64,000 nucleotides of DNA from an uncultured Dehalococcoidales bacterium. GTDB taxonomy: Bacteria; Chloroflexota; Dehalococcoidia; GIF9; UBA5629. Positions 20,360-31,673 of the stretch are shown here, piece after piece (position 1 is the first letter of the stretch; every line of letters begins with the position of its first letter). Below the pieces are notes generated by a model. It saw nothing but the letters and a program-made list of their open reading frames with translations. It was not told where the DNA came from and did not search any database. Location of the stretch: NCBI GenBank assembly GCA_964519615.1, contig CAZFIM010000001.1, positions 37,065 to 101,064 on the forward strand, read 5' to 3'. The position numbers and the translations under genes are program-made.

Positions 20360-21394
20360 ATGAAAGCGGTTGAATGGCTGGGTAACAGCATACGCATTAT
20401 AGACCAGACCTTGCTTCCGGCAGCGCTTAAAACTCTTGATATCAGGGATTGGTGTGAGATGGTGGGCGCTATCAAAGAGCTCAAGGTACGCGGTGCTCCT
20501 GCTATCGGGGTGGCCGCCGCTTACGGGATTGCGCTGGGCGCACAAAATATCACAGCCGCAAGCGAGTATGCTTTTTTAAAAAAACTGGAGGCGATCATGG
20601 ATACGTTCGCCGCCTCCAGGCCGACAGCGGTAAACCTGTTCCGTTCTATTGACCGCATGAAGCAGCGCATAAAGCAGGTAGAGGGAAAAGAAGCGATTAT
20701 ACAAGCCTTAATCGCAGAGGCCCACAGCATTCACACCGGGGAGATAGAGTCCACAGAGCGGTTATCGTATCACGGAGCGGAGCTGATCAGGGACGGTTTT
20801 ACTATTTTAACCCACTGCAACGCCGGCCCGCTGGCCACAGCGGGCTACGGTACCGCACTGGGCGTAATCATAGCCGCACACAAGCAGGGCAAGAATATTC
20901 GAGTCTTAGCCGATGAGACGCGCCCTCTTTTGCAGGGAGCGCGCCTGACGGTCTGGGAACTTATGCAAGAGCATGTTCCGGTAACTCTTATTACTGATTC
21001 AATGGCAGGCTATTTTATCAACCGCGGCAAAGTGAACTGCGTTATCACAGGCGCTGACAGGATTACCACCGGAGGCGATACAGCCAATAAAATAGGCACC
21101 TATACACTGGCGGTACTGGCCAAAGAAAACGGCATTCCTTTCTACATAGCAGCCCCTGCCAGCACCATAGACCCTGCACTGCGGCTGGGAGGGGATATCC
21201 CCATTGAAGAGAGAAACCCCGAAGAAGTAACCATGCTGGCCGGCGTACGCATCGCTCCCTCAGAAGCACAAGCTGCCAACCCCGCTTTCGATGTTACGCC
21301 GTCGCGCTACATTACTGGTATAATCACTGAGCGGGGGGTTATAGGTCCGCCTTATGACCATACGCTGCCTGCACTATTGAAGGAGGTACGATAA
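20360..21394 (+). CDS. mtnA: S-methyl-5-thioribose-1-phosphate isomerase (eIF-2B family)
   Basis: HCNAGPLATAGYGTALGVI and the family length (344 aa) fit MtnA rather than ribose-1,5-bisphosphate isomerase. Confidence 0.75.
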   Translation: MKAVEWLGNSIRIIDQTLLPAALKTLDIRDWCEMVGAIKELKVRGAPAIGVAAAYGIALGAQNITAASEYAFLKKLEAIMDTFAASRPTAVNLFRSIDRMKQRIKQVEGKEAIIQALIAEAHSIHTGEIESTERLSYHGAELIRDGFTILTHCNAGPLATAGYGTALGVIIAAHKQGKNIRVLADETRPLLQGARLTVWELMQEHVPVTLITDSMAGYFINRGKVNCVITGADRITTGGDTANKIGTYTLAVLAKENGIPFYIAAPASTIDPALRLGGDIPIEERNPEEVTMLAGVRIAPSEAQAANPAFDVTPSRYITGIITERGVIGPPYDHTLPALLKEVR

Positions 21395-22257
21395 TGTCAC
21401 ATGCTACCATCGGTGTCATCGGCGGCTCGGGGCTTTACGAGATAGAAGGAATGACCGGCATCGAGGAAATAACGATTAAAACTCCCTTCGGTGACCCAAG
21501 CGATACCATCAAGGTAGGAGAACTGGAAGGAGTAAAGGTTGCCTTCCTGCCGCGCCATGGGCGCGGACACCGCATCAGCCCCACCAAACTGCCGGTCAGA
21601 GCCAATATTTACGCCCTTAAAACACTGGGAGTCGAGAGGCTTATCTCAATAGCAGCGGTAGGCAGCCTGAAAGAGGAAATCGCTCCTCTCAATGCGGTAC
21701 TGCCGGACCAGATTATCGACCGTACCAGCAGAACAGCCAATACCTTCTTCGATGACAATATCGTGGCGCACGTTGCCTTCGCCGAGCCTTTCTGCCCGAT
21801 AATGTCCCAGGTACTGTGGCAGACAGCAGTCGATTCAGGTATTACAATACATAAAGGCGGTACATACCTGGCAATGGAGGGCCCGCAATTCTCTACCAGA
21901 GCGGAGTCCAATCTCTACCGCTCATGGGGCGCTGCCGTGATCGGCATGACCGCCATACCGGAGGCTAAGCTGGCCCGTGAAGCCGAGATTTGTTATGCCA
22001 CACTTGCTTTCGTAACCGATTACGATTGCTGGAATGAAGACCATGAGACCGTTTCCACGGAGATGATAATAGATAATCTCAAGCAAAATGTTAATGCAGC
22101 CGGAGAGATAATAAAAAAGGCGGTAAGCCGGATGCCGGATACCAGGGACTGCGGCTGCGCCACTGCGCTGGCAAATACCATTGTCACCGATCCCGCACGC
22201 ATTCCTGCAAAGGTAAAAAAAGACCTGGCGCCATTGATCGGCAAGTATATTAAATAA
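21394..22257 (+). CDS. mtnP: 5'-methylthioadenosine phosphorylase
   Basis: IGVIGGSGLY, PNP/MTAP fold, 287 aa. ATGA overlap with mtnA. Confidence 0.85.
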   Translation: MSHATIGVIGGSGLYEIEGMTGIEEITIKTPFGDPSDTIKVGELEGVKVAFLPRHGRGHRISPTKLPVRANIYALKTLGVERLISIAAVGSLKEEIAPLNAVLPDQIIDRTSRTANTFFDDNIVAHVAFAEPFCPIMSQVLWQTAVDSGITIHKGGTYLAMEGPQFSTRAESNLYRSWGAAVIGMTAIPEAKLAREAEICYATLAFVTDYDCWNEDHETVSTEMIIDNLKQNVNAAGEIIKKAVSRMPDTRDCGCATALANTIVTDPARIPAKVKKDLAPLIGKYIK

Positions 22258-22265
22258 GGAGCGTA

Positions 22266-23294
22266 ATGACCGCAAAATTTGAGTTCTGCTGCCGCCCCAC
22301 TATTATCGGGTCCATGCCCCACACTGATCCTGACGAGGCGTGTATGCTGATAAATAATTATCTTCCAGACCTGCCTGCCTGGCCTCAGCTGCCGCAGAGA
22401 GGCAGCTTCGAGAACATGTATATTCAGTATAGCGAGGGCTTCCCCGGGCTGGTGGTGGAAAACGATAAGCTCTATGTTGAGCAGACCGGGAAATTCGATG
22501 AGCAGATAGAACAATTCTACAATGATTATGAGCAGAATAACCTTGCCCGCTTCAATGTAAGCGGGCAGTATGCAGCCGGACTGCATGCTTTCAAAGCGCT
22601 CAGCCAGGAAAGCTACGGTCTGATAAAAGGACAGATAGTAGGACCCATTAGCTGGGGGCTGTGTGTCGTAGACAGGCAGCAGCGCGGTATTCTCTATGAT
22701 GATCTGCTGGCGGAGACGGCAGCGAAGTTCTTACGCTTAAAGGCTTCGTGGCAAGAAGAATTTCTTAAATCTTTTGCACGCCGGACCATTATCTTCATCG
22801 ATGAGCCCTATCTCACCTCGCTGGGAACAGCCTTTGTGGCGGTGCCCGATGAGACGGTAAGCTCTCTGCTGGAGGAGGTATTGAAAGGCATATCGGGTAT
22901 CAGCGGTATACACTGCTGCGGCAGTACCGATTGGTCCCTGCTGCTGCGCAGTTCGGCCGATATTATCAGCTTTGATGCCTACAATTATGCCGATTCTCTC
23001 AGTACCTATACAGCCGATGTGCAGACCTTCATGAATCGGGGGGGGGCGATCGCCTGGGGTATCGTGACCAACATGGATGAATCGCTGCAGCAAGAGACAG
23101 TTCCCAGCCTTTATGACAGGCTGGGAGAGGCAATGGCTCCCTATACCAGAGGAGGCCTCTCCATCAAACAGCTAGCCGCACAAAGCATTCTCACCCCATC
23201 CTGCGGTCTGGCCACCCTTTCCATCGAAGCGGCCACTGAAGCGCTTCACCTGCTGGCTGAGCTTTCGGAAAAGATGCGCGCGAAGTATTGTTAA
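22266..23294 (+). CDS. short cobalamin-independent-methionine-synthase-family protein (MetE C-terminal domain only; 'core-MetE'-like)
   Basis: RPTIIGSMPHT (cf. MetE PTTTIGSFPQT). Zn-ligand-like HCC at GIHCCG and C in PSCGL (cf. MetE NPDCGL). 342 aa, no N-terminal folate-binding half. Confidence 0.65.
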   Translation: MTAKFEFCCRPTIIGSMPHTDPDEACMLINNYLPDLPAWPQLPQRGSFENMYIQYSEGFPGLVVENDKLYVEQTGKFDEQIEQFYNDYEQNNLARFNVSGQYAAGLHAFKALSQESYGLIKGQIVGPISWGLCVVDRQQRGILYDDLLAETAAKFLRLKASWQEEFLKSFARRTIIFIDEPYLTSLGTAFVAVPDETVSSLLEEVLKGISGISGIHCCGSTDWSLLLRSSADIISFDAYNYADSLSTYTADVQTFMNRGGAIAWGIVTNMDESLQQETVPSLYDRLGEAMAPYTRGGLSIKQLAAQSILTPSCGLATLSIEAATEALHLLAELSEKMRAKYC

Positions 23295-23391
23295 GCGCAT
23301 GCTTCATCGCTGCTATTTGAAATATACGTCCAATTAGGGGATAATAAAAAGTCCCGAGGTTGACGAATAGTAAGGTGAATGGTGATAAAAA

Positions 23392-23763
23392 ATGAATAAA
23401 AGTAAACAAATGGCAATACTAAAACATCGCAGACGCAAGAAGAAACTCAAAGAACGACAGAAGGCTATCGCCGCAGTGTCGGGGACCAGCCATGCAGTCG
23501 TAAAACCGGCGCCGAAGGTACAGGAGCCTGTTGAACAGGAAGCGGCCAAAAAGAAAAAGGCCGCCAAGCAGGCTGATGTAGCAGAACAGGCTGCCGTCGA
23601 GGCAGTTGCTCCCGCTCAGGCGGAGAAAGCAGCCGAGGCACCCAAGAAAAAGCCTGCAAAAAAGGCCCCGACCAAAGCGGAAGCGGAAACAGAGGATACG
23701 GAAGCCACTAAAAAACGCTCTCGCAAAAAGAAAGCTGACGAGGAGCAGGCCGCGGAAAGTTAA
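23392..23763 (+). CDS. Lys/Ala-rich basic low-complexity protein (histone-H1/HC1-like)
   Basis: KKKKAAKQA..PKKKPAKKAPTKAEA repeats. Predicted pI is very high. Confidence 0.45.
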   Translation: MNKSKQMAILKHRRRKKKLKERQKAIAAVSGTSHAVVKPAPKVQEPVEQEAAKKKKAAKQADVAEQAAVEAVAPAQAEKAAEAPKKKPAKKAPTKAEAETEDTEATKKRSRKKKADEEQAAES

Positions 23764-24320
23764 TGGCGGATATATTCCTCTTAACGGGTGGTCCCGGTAG
23801 CGGTAAGACCACTATCGTTAAAGAGGCGCTCTCTTACACGCAGGCAAGCGCCGGCGGCTTCTATACAGAGGAAATACGGACCGCAGGTGTACGTGCAGGT
23901 TTTAAAATCAGTACTTTCGATGGGCGAGAAGGTATTCTCGCCCATATTGATTTTCACTCCCCTTACCGCGTGGGCAAATATGGCGTGGATATAACCGAAC
24001 TGGATGAACTGGGTGTTGCTGCGCTTACCGATGCGGCTGATACCCGTGATATTATCGTTATAGATGAGATTGGTCGTATGGAGCTCTTCTCACAAAAATT
24101 CAGAGAGGCCGTATGGCAAATACTGCAAAGCCCTAAAAAAGTTCTGGGCACCGTGATGTTGAAGCCCTATCCTTTTGCAGATAAGGTTAAATGTTTGTCC
24201 GGCATCAAGCTGATGGAAGTTAACGCGCAAAACCGGCTCGAAGTCCTCAGTCAGGTAATTGAATGGTTAATGGTGCCTGTTAATGAAGATAAAGATCGTC
24301 CCGCTGAAACCGGTAGATGA
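23763..24320 (+). CDS. THEP1-family nucleoside-triphosphatase
   Basis: Walker A LTGGPGSGKTT. About 185 aa NTPase_1 architecture. Confidence 0.75.
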   Translation: MADIFLLTGGPGSGKTTIVKEALSYTQASAGGFYTEEIRTAGVRAGFKISTFDGREGILAHIDFHSPYRVGKYGVDITELDELGVAALTDAADTRDIIVIDEIGRMELFSQKFREAVWQILQSPKKVLGTVMLKPYPFADKVKCLSGIKLMEVNAQNRLEVLSQVIEWLMVPVNEDKDRPAETGR

Positions 24321-24801
24321 CACTCTTATCGCGGACTTAAACCGGGAGCTTTACCGGACTTTCGGATGCCCCGTACAGGTGGCTTCCGCCCTCGATGCCC
24401 CCGCCGGGGCATGCAACTGCGAACGCAAGCAGTACCTTGCTTCCGGTCTGCTCAATGCCTTGAGCTGTCCCTCGTACAGCGAGAACGAAAAGGTGCTGGG
24501 AGTTACTTCTGTAGACATATATTCAGCCCGCCTTAATTACGTTTTTGGCCAGGCTGACCTTGCGGGCAGGGCTGTTATCTCGCTCTTCCGCCTTGACCCC
24601 CGCACCTATGACCTCCCGCCTGATACAAACCTGCTGCTGAAGCGGGCCGTTAAAGAGGCTGTTCATGAGCTGGGGCATACGCTGGGCATGGCACACTGCG
24701 CAAATCCCTCCTGCGTTATGTTTTTCTCGGGCAGTCTGGCAGATACAGACCGCAAACAAACTGCATTTTGTAGTCAATGCCATCCGAAACTGTTAAAATA
24801 G
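24283..24801 (+). CDS. amzA: archaemetzincin-family zinc metallopeptidase
   Basis: HELGHTLGMAHCANPSCVM..CSQC equals HExxHxxGx3Cx4CxMx17CxxC. Starts 38 nt inside the THEP1 gene. Confidence 0.8.
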   Translation: MKIKIVPLKPVDDTLIADLNRELYRTFGCPVQVASALDAPAGACNCERKQYLASGLLNALSCPSYSENEKVLGVTSVDIYSARLNYVFGQADLAGRAVISLFRLDPRTYDLPPDTNLLLKRAVKEAVHELGHTLGMAHCANPSCVMFFSGSLADTDRKQTAFCSQCHPKLLK

Positions 24802-24832
24802 CCCCAAAGTATCTGAGAATATTTTTTAACAA

Positions 24833-26377
24833 ATGACATCACAATTAATAGCGTTATTGAGTAATCCGCGAATATATCCGGATAACCCTGAAAAAATAGA
24901 GATCTCCCAGACGCAGATGTCTGTGGTATTCCTGACCGGTGCGTTTGCCTACAAGATAAAGAAGCCGGTAAATCTGGGCTATCTGGATTATACTACACTG
25001 GAAAAGCGCCTTTTTTTCTGCCGGCAGGAAGTGGATCTCAACAGGCGGCTGTCGCCGGATATATACCTTGAGACAGTGCCCATCACTGAGAACAAAGGCG
25101 GCATTGCCCTTGGAGGAAAGGGCACGGTTATAGAATACGCAGTTAAAATGAAGCAGCTACCCCGAGATCATACTATGGACATCCTGCTTGCTCAGAACGC
25201 GGTAACCGCTGCTATGGTAGAGCAGGTGGCTTACATACTTCAGAGCTTCCACGGAAAGGCGGCTACGGACTCCCGTATAAGCACTTTCGGGGAACTGAAA
25301 AGCATCAAGGTCAACACAGACGAAAATTTCAGCCAGACGGAAAAATATATCAATACTACTATCACACAGAGTCAGTATGATCGAATCAAAATCTATACCG
25401 AAGAGTTTATGAACGAGCATGCTCGTCTGCTTGAAGACCGCGTCAAGGACGGCCGAATAAGAGATTGTCACGGTGACCTGCATGCGGCGCATGTCTGTTT
25501 TACCGACAGCGGTATACGCATCTTCGATTGCATTGAGTTCAACGACAGGTTCCGGTACTGTGACGTGGCCTCCGAGGTAGCTTTCCTGGCAATGGATCTG
25601 GACAGATACGGGAGGGCAGACCTTTCCCGCAAATTCGTCGAAGCCTATGTAGAAGCCGGCGGCGACAGCGGGCTTGCACGCCTTCTCAACTTTTATAAAT
25701 GCTACCGCGCCTACGTCCGCGGCAAAGTTGAGTGCTTTAAATATGACGATCCTTACCTTGCCGATAAAGAACATATTATGAACACTGCTAGAGGCTACTT
25801 CTCGCTGGCTGTCCGTTATACCAGACAGCGGCCGCAGCTGATTATCATCTGCGGGCTGGTGGGAACAGGCAAGAGTACCACCGCACAGTCACTTAGCCGC
25901 AGGCTGGGATACGATGTTCTCTCCTCCGATGTAATTAGAAAAACTTTAGCGGGCGTTCCGCTGAAGGAGCAGCATTTCGATGAATTCCAGAGCGGACTTT
26001 ACTCCACTGATTTCACCCGCAGGACTTATGATGAGTTATTCCGGCAGTCGCAAGCGCTGCTCCGGGAGGGTAAATCCGTTGTACTGGATGCCTCGTTCAT
26101 GAGAAGGGCGGACAGGGAAAAGGCGGCCGCTATCGCTTATGAGCATCAAGCGGACTTTAAAGTGATCGAATGCACGCTGGATGAGAAAACAGCCAGAGAG
26201 AGGCTTGACCGCAGAGTGCGACGCGGTTCTGTCTCCGACGGCCGCTGGGAGATATATGAATCGCAGCGACAGGCCTTTGAGCCTGTCTGCGAGCTGTCAT
26301 CTGAAAATCATGTTATACTTGACACATCCCTCCCTCGCGATGAAAGCATAAATACGGTAATTGAAAGGATCGAGTAA
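24833..26377 (+). CDS. two-domain kinase: N-terminal aminoglycoside/choline-kinase-like phosphotransferase fold fused to C-terminal P-loop (AAA_33-like) kinase
   Basis: HGDLHAAHV plus D.IEFNDRFRY.D (APH-like catalytic motifs). C-terminal GLVGTGKST Walker A. Confidence 0.55.
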   Translation: MTSQLIALLSNPRIYPDNPEKIEISQTQMSVVFLTGAFAYKIKKPVNLGYLDYTTLEKRLFFCRQEVDLNRRLSPDIYLETVPITENKGGIALGGKGTVIEYAVKMKQLPRDHTMDILLAQNAVTAAMVEQVAYILQSFHGKAATDSRISTFGELKSIKVNTDENFSQTEKYINTTITQSQYDRIKIYTEEFMNEHARLLEDRVKDGRIRDCHGDLHAAHVCFTDSGIRIFDCIEFNDRFRYCDVASEVAFLAMDLDRYGRADLSRKFVEAYVEAGGDSGLARLLNFYKCYRAYVRGKVECFKYDDPYLADKEHIMNTARGYFSLAVRYTRQRPQLIIICGLVGTGKSTTAQSLSRRLGYDVLSSDVIRKTLAGVPLKEQHFDEFQSGLYSTDFTRRTYDELFRQSQALLREGKSVVLDASFMRRADREKAAAIAYEHQADFKVIECTLDEKTARERLDRRVRRGSVSDGRWEIYESQRQAFEPVCELSSENHVILDTSLPRDESINTVIERIE

Positions 26378-27634
<1,257 letters not shown>

Positions 27635-27655
27635 CACTGAGTGAAGGAGAAATTA

Positions 27656-28867
27656 ATGCCCAATAGCTTTAAGAAAAATAGCTCTCATTTTTTTGCTTCC
27701 GAATCTGTTACAGAGGGACATCCCGATAAGCTCTGCGACCAGATATCGGACGGCATTCTGGATGCGATACTGGCCGATGATCCGACTGCCCGTGTTGCCT
27801 GTGAAGTAGCGGTTACCAAGGGGCTGGTGGTTGTGCTGGGGGAAATAACCACCGATTGCTATGTGGAGGTCCCTGAGGTTGTCCAGCGGGTTGTTAAAGA
27901 GGCGGGATATACAGATCCTGCTTTTGGTTTCGATTATAAAAGCTGCGGCATACTGGAATGCATCAAGCCGCAGTCAAAGGATATCTCGGCAGGCGTAAGC
28001 AAAGCAGCCGAAATACGCAACGCCGCCGGTGCGGAGGATGATCTGGATAAGACCGGAGCGGGAGACCAGGGAATGATGTTCGGATATGCCTGTACGGAGA
28101 CACCGGAGCTCATGCCTCTGCCCATCGCTTTAGCGCATAAGCTCTGCCGTGAGCTTGCCCGGCTGAGAAAAGAGAAGGTACTGCCCTATCTGCGCCCGGA
28201 CGGCAAATCACAGGTAACCGTTGAATACTGTCACGGAAAACCCAAACGGGTGGACGGAGTAGTGATAGGCGCACACCACAGTCCTGATGTCGATAACACA
28301 ACTATCAGACGCGACATGATAGAGAAACTGATTAAGTCTGTTATACCGGCAGACCTGCTGGATGAGAAAACGAAATATGTGGTCAATGGTGCAGGCAGAT
28401 TTGAAATCGGCGGTCCCATTTCGGATACCGGCTTTACCGGCCGCAAGATACTGGTTGACACATACGGCGGGACCGCTCATCACGGTGGCGGCGCCTTTTC
28501 CGGCAAGGACCCGACCAAGGTAGACCGCTCGGCAAGCTATATGGGCCGCTATATCGCTAAAAATCTGGTGGCTGCGGGGCTGGCTGATTATTTGGAGGTA
28601 CAGGTATCGTATGCTATCGGAGTAGCACATCCTATGTCTCTCTCCGTCGAGACCTTCGGATCAGGAGTGATTCCTGATGAAGCCATAGTTTCCATCATCA
28701 ATAAGCATTTCGACCTGAGGCCTGAGGCTATCATACGGCACCTGGACCTGCGCCGCCCCATTTACCACCAGGCAGCCGCCTACGGCCACTTCGGCAGGAC
28801 CGATATAGATTTGCCATGGGAGAAGCTGGATAAGGTGGATGTAATTAAAAAAGAGGCCGGACTCTGA
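27656..28867 (+). CDS. metK: S-adenosylmethionine synthetase
   Basis: [17 protein letters not shown] and [15 protein letters not shown] then ATG at 27656. Confidence 0.9.
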   Translation: MPNSFKKNSSHFFASESVTEGHPDKLCDQISDGILDAILADDPTARVACEVAVTKGLVVVLGEITTDCYVEVPEVVQRVVKEAGYTDPAFGFDYKSCGILECIKPQSKDISAGVSKAAEIRNAAGAEDDLDKTGAGDQGMMFGYACTETPELMPLPIALAHKLCRELARLRKEKVLPYLRPDGKSQVTVEYCHGKPKRVDGVVIGAHHSPDVDNTTIRRDMIEKLIKSVIPADLLDEKTKYVVNGAGRFEIGGPISDTGFTGRKILVDTYGGTAHHGGGAFSGKDPTKVDRSASYMGRYIAKNLVAAGLADYLEVQVSYAIGVAHPMSLSVETFGSGVIPDEAIVSIINKHFDLRPEAIIRHLDLRRPIYHQAAAYGHFGRTDIDLPWEKLDKVDVIKKEAGL

Positions 28868-28968
28868 ACCGGCACTATGGTACAGGGGGCCTTTTTACCC
28901 GGCAGGAATAATTATGACATCAGCTTTCCGATGCTCGCCCGGCAATAAAAGAGATTAAAAGGAGCACT

Positions 28969-30393
28969 ATGAGTAAACGCATCAGTTTCGGTACCGATGG
29001 ATGGCGCGCTATCATAGCTGAAGATTTCACCTTCGATAATGTCCGGGCCTGTGCCAGAGGGGTAGGTGAATATATAAACAGCCGGAAACTGGGGCGTAAA
29101 GGGTTGGTGATAGGGTATGACACGCGCTTTGCCTCAGAGCAGTTTGCTGCGGCGGCAGCGGAAGTTATCGCTGCCTGCGGTATTAAAGTACATTTCTTGA
29201 CTGAGGCAGCTCCTACACCCGCCATCAGCTATATCGTCACCGCAACGCAATCTGCCGGAGGCATTATCATCACCGCCAGCCACAATCCCGGCGCCTGGAA
29301 CGGTTTCAAATATAAAGACGAGACCGGCGCCAGCGCGGCAAGCGAGCTAGTGGCCGTCATCGAACAGAATACCAATAAAGTTCTTAAAAAAGGTGACATA
29401 AAGAGGATACCTTTCGAGCAGGCGGTACAGGCCGGCCTCGTGAGCCTTTATGAACCAAAACCGATCTACTATCCGCAGATAGAGCGTCTGGTGGACCTTA
29501 AGTCCATACGCGCAAGCGGTCTATCCGTTGTGGTGGACTCCATGTACGGAGCCGGTATAGGATATTTCAAGGAGCTTCTGAACGGCGGCACCGTCAAAGT
29601 CAATGAGATCAACGGCTGCCGTAATCCCCTCTTCCCCGGTATACAACCTGAGCCGATAGGCAAAAACCTGACTGACCTCTGTGCGCTGGTGCCGCAGCAG
29701 AAAGCAAATGTCGGGCTTGCCACAGACGGTGATGCAGACCGCATAGGCGTTGTCGATGAAAAAGGCACCTTTCTCACCACACATCAGGTCTTTGCCCTGC
29801 TTGCCCTCTATTTTCTGGATATACACGGAGAGAAAGGGCCGATCGTCAAAAGCCTGTGCTCCACCAACATGATCGAGAAGCTGGGATCTCTCTATAACGT
29901 ACCGGTTTATGAGACTAAAGTAGGGTTCAAATACGTGGCGCCGCTTATGAAGGAGCATGATGCCGCCATCGGCGGGGAGGAGAGCGGAGGCTACGGCTTT
30001 AGAGGTCACGTACCGGAGCGCGACGGTATACTGGCCGGGCTCTATTTTCTGGATTTCATGCTCAAGACGGACAAAACGCCCTCTCAGCTTATCGACTACC
30101 TCTACAGCAAGGTGGGGCCGCATTACTATGACCGCCTGGATTTTCACCTCGCTCCGGAGCAGAAACAGGCGCTCATGGGCAGGCTTGCAGAAGGTCGTAT
30201 AAGCACTATAGGCAAGAGCAAGGTGAAGAGAATCAACGATGCGGACGGCCATAAGTTTATACTTGAAGATGATTCCTGGCTGCTGATGCGTTTCTCCGGT
30301 ACCGAACCTTTGCTCCGCATCTATGCCGAGAGCAGCACCATGGACAAAGTTCAGGCGCTGCTTGTCCGGGGAAGGGAGATGGTGGGGTTATGA
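28969..30393 (+). CDS. phosphoglucomutase/phosphomannomutase-family enzyme (archaeal-type)
   Basis: TASHNPGAWNGFK active-site serine loop and the GLATDGDADR metal loop. Confidence 0.85.
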   Translation: MSKRISFGTDGWRAIIAEDFTFDNVRACARGVGEYINSRKLGRKGLVIGYDTRFASEQFAAAAAEVIAACGIKVHFLTEAAPTPAISYIVTATQSAGGIIITASHNPGAWNGFKYKDETGASAASELVAVIEQNTNKVLKKGDIKRIPFEQAVQAGLVSLYEPKPIYYPQIERLVDLKSIRASGLSVVVDSMYGAGIGYFKELLNGGTVKVNEINGCRNPLFPGIQPEPIGKNLTDLCALVPQQKANVGLATDGDADRIGVVDEKGTFLTTHQVFALLALYFLDIHGEKGPIVKSLCSTNMIEKLGSLYNVPVYETKVGFKYVAPLMKEHDAAIGGEESGGYGFRGHVPERDGILAGLYFLDFMLKTDKTPSQLIDYLYSKVGPHYYDRLDFHLAPEQKQALMGRLAEGRISTIGKSKVKRINDADGHKFILEDDSWLLMRFSGTEPLLRIYAESSTMDKVQALLVRGREMVGL

Positions 30394-31454
30394 ACGATCT
30401 GGACAATCCCGCTGTTTTTCGAGAACGCGATCCGCAGGACATGCGCTCTCATCTGCGCGGGCTGCCCAAACAATGCCTCGATGCATGGCACAGCGCACTG
30501 AGTTTAAAACTCCCCTCTGATTACCGCACCGCAAACAAGGTGGTAATCCTGGGCATGGGCGGCTCCGCTATCGGAGCGGACCTGCTCAAAGGCCTTGCTG
30601 CCGGGCAGTCCAGACCTCTCATTTTCGTAAACCGTGATTACACCCTCCCGCCGTACGTGGATGAATCCACGCTGGTAGTTGCTTCCAGTTATTCGGGCAA
30701 CACGGAGGAGGTACTCTCGGCGTTCAGTCAGGCGCTCAAAAGCAAATGTAAAAAGCTCATCCTGACCACAGGGGGAGAGCTGAAGGCACTTGCCGATAAA
30801 GCGGGGATTCCTGTATATACGATAAATCACGTTTCTTCGCCCCGGGCGGCACTCGGGTACAGTTTGATGCCTTTGATGGCCGTTTTACGCAATCTGGAGC
30901 TTTTTGAGAGCACGCAGGTTAATATCGAGTCCCTGAAAAGGCACTTGTTTCTCCTGCTGGACCAGATCAACGATGAGGTGCCCTCCGCGTCCAATCCGGC
31001 CAAGAAGCTGGCGCTGGCTATGCAGGGCAAGATTGCCGTAATCTATGGAGCAGGCATGCTCACCGATGTAGCCCGCCGCTGGAAGACACAGATAAATGAG
31101 AACAGCAAAGCGTGGGCCTTCTACGAGACCTTCCCCGAGCTTAACCACAACGCGGTGGTGGGCTACCGCTACCCTGATGGGATGGCGGACAGCCTTTTTG
31201 TGGTGATGCTGCGCAGTCCGCGCCTGCACCCTCGCGTCCTGCTCCGCTATGATATTACCGCCGACCTGCTGGCGCAGCACCGCGTCTCCCATACGATAGT
31301 TGACGGCAAAGGCATCGACGACTTAAGCCAGGTCATGACGCAGGTCTTCTACGGCGATTGGGTGAGCTACTATCTGGCCCTGCTCAACGATGCAGACCCC
31401 ACTCCGGTGGAGACCATCGATTATCTTAAAAAGCGCCTGAGCGAAAGCCGGTAG
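30390..31454 (+). CDS. bifunctional phosphoglucose/phosphomannose isomerase (SIS domain, archaeal-type)
   Basis: Tandem SIS profile. ATGA overlap with the upstream gene. Confidence 0.8.
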   Translation: MNDLDNPAVFRERDPQDMRSHLRGLPKQCLDAWHSALSLKLPSDYRTANKVVILGMGGSAIGADLLKGLAAGQSRPLIFVNRDYTLPPYVDESTLVVASSYSGNTEEVLSAFSQALKSKCKKLILTTGGELKALADKAGIPVYTINHVSSPRAALGYSLMPLMAVLRNLELFESTQVNIESLKRHLFLLLDQINDEVPSASNPAKKLALAMQGKIAVIYGAGMLTDVARRWKTQINENSKAWAFYETFPELNHNAVVGYRYPDGMADSLFVVMLRSPRLHPRVLLRYDITADLLAQHRVSHTIVDGKGIDDLSQVMTQVFYGDWVSYYLALLNDADPTPVETIDYLKKRLSESR

Positions 31455-31457
31455 CTT
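31426..31457 (+). repeat. direct repeat copy A (3' end of PGI/PMI gene)
   Basis: TTAAAAAGCGCCTGAGCGAAAGCCGGTAGCTT. Matches copy B at 41538-41578 in 31 of 32 positions, with indels. Confidence 0.7.
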
Positions 31458-31673
31458 TCCTGCAAGAGAGGCCTCACGAACCTGATAGCTCCATATGCGT
31501 GTTTGCCAGCAAAGTAGTTTACCGTACCCCGATTTTATCGGGATGCGCAATAACAAATTGGAATAACCTTCAAAAATAGCACCCCTTGCCCAAGTATTCT
31601 GAAGACTGAAAATAACGGCGATTTCATCTTCATTTTTCGTATCATTATTCACATTTACATTCTTCGGTCATTA

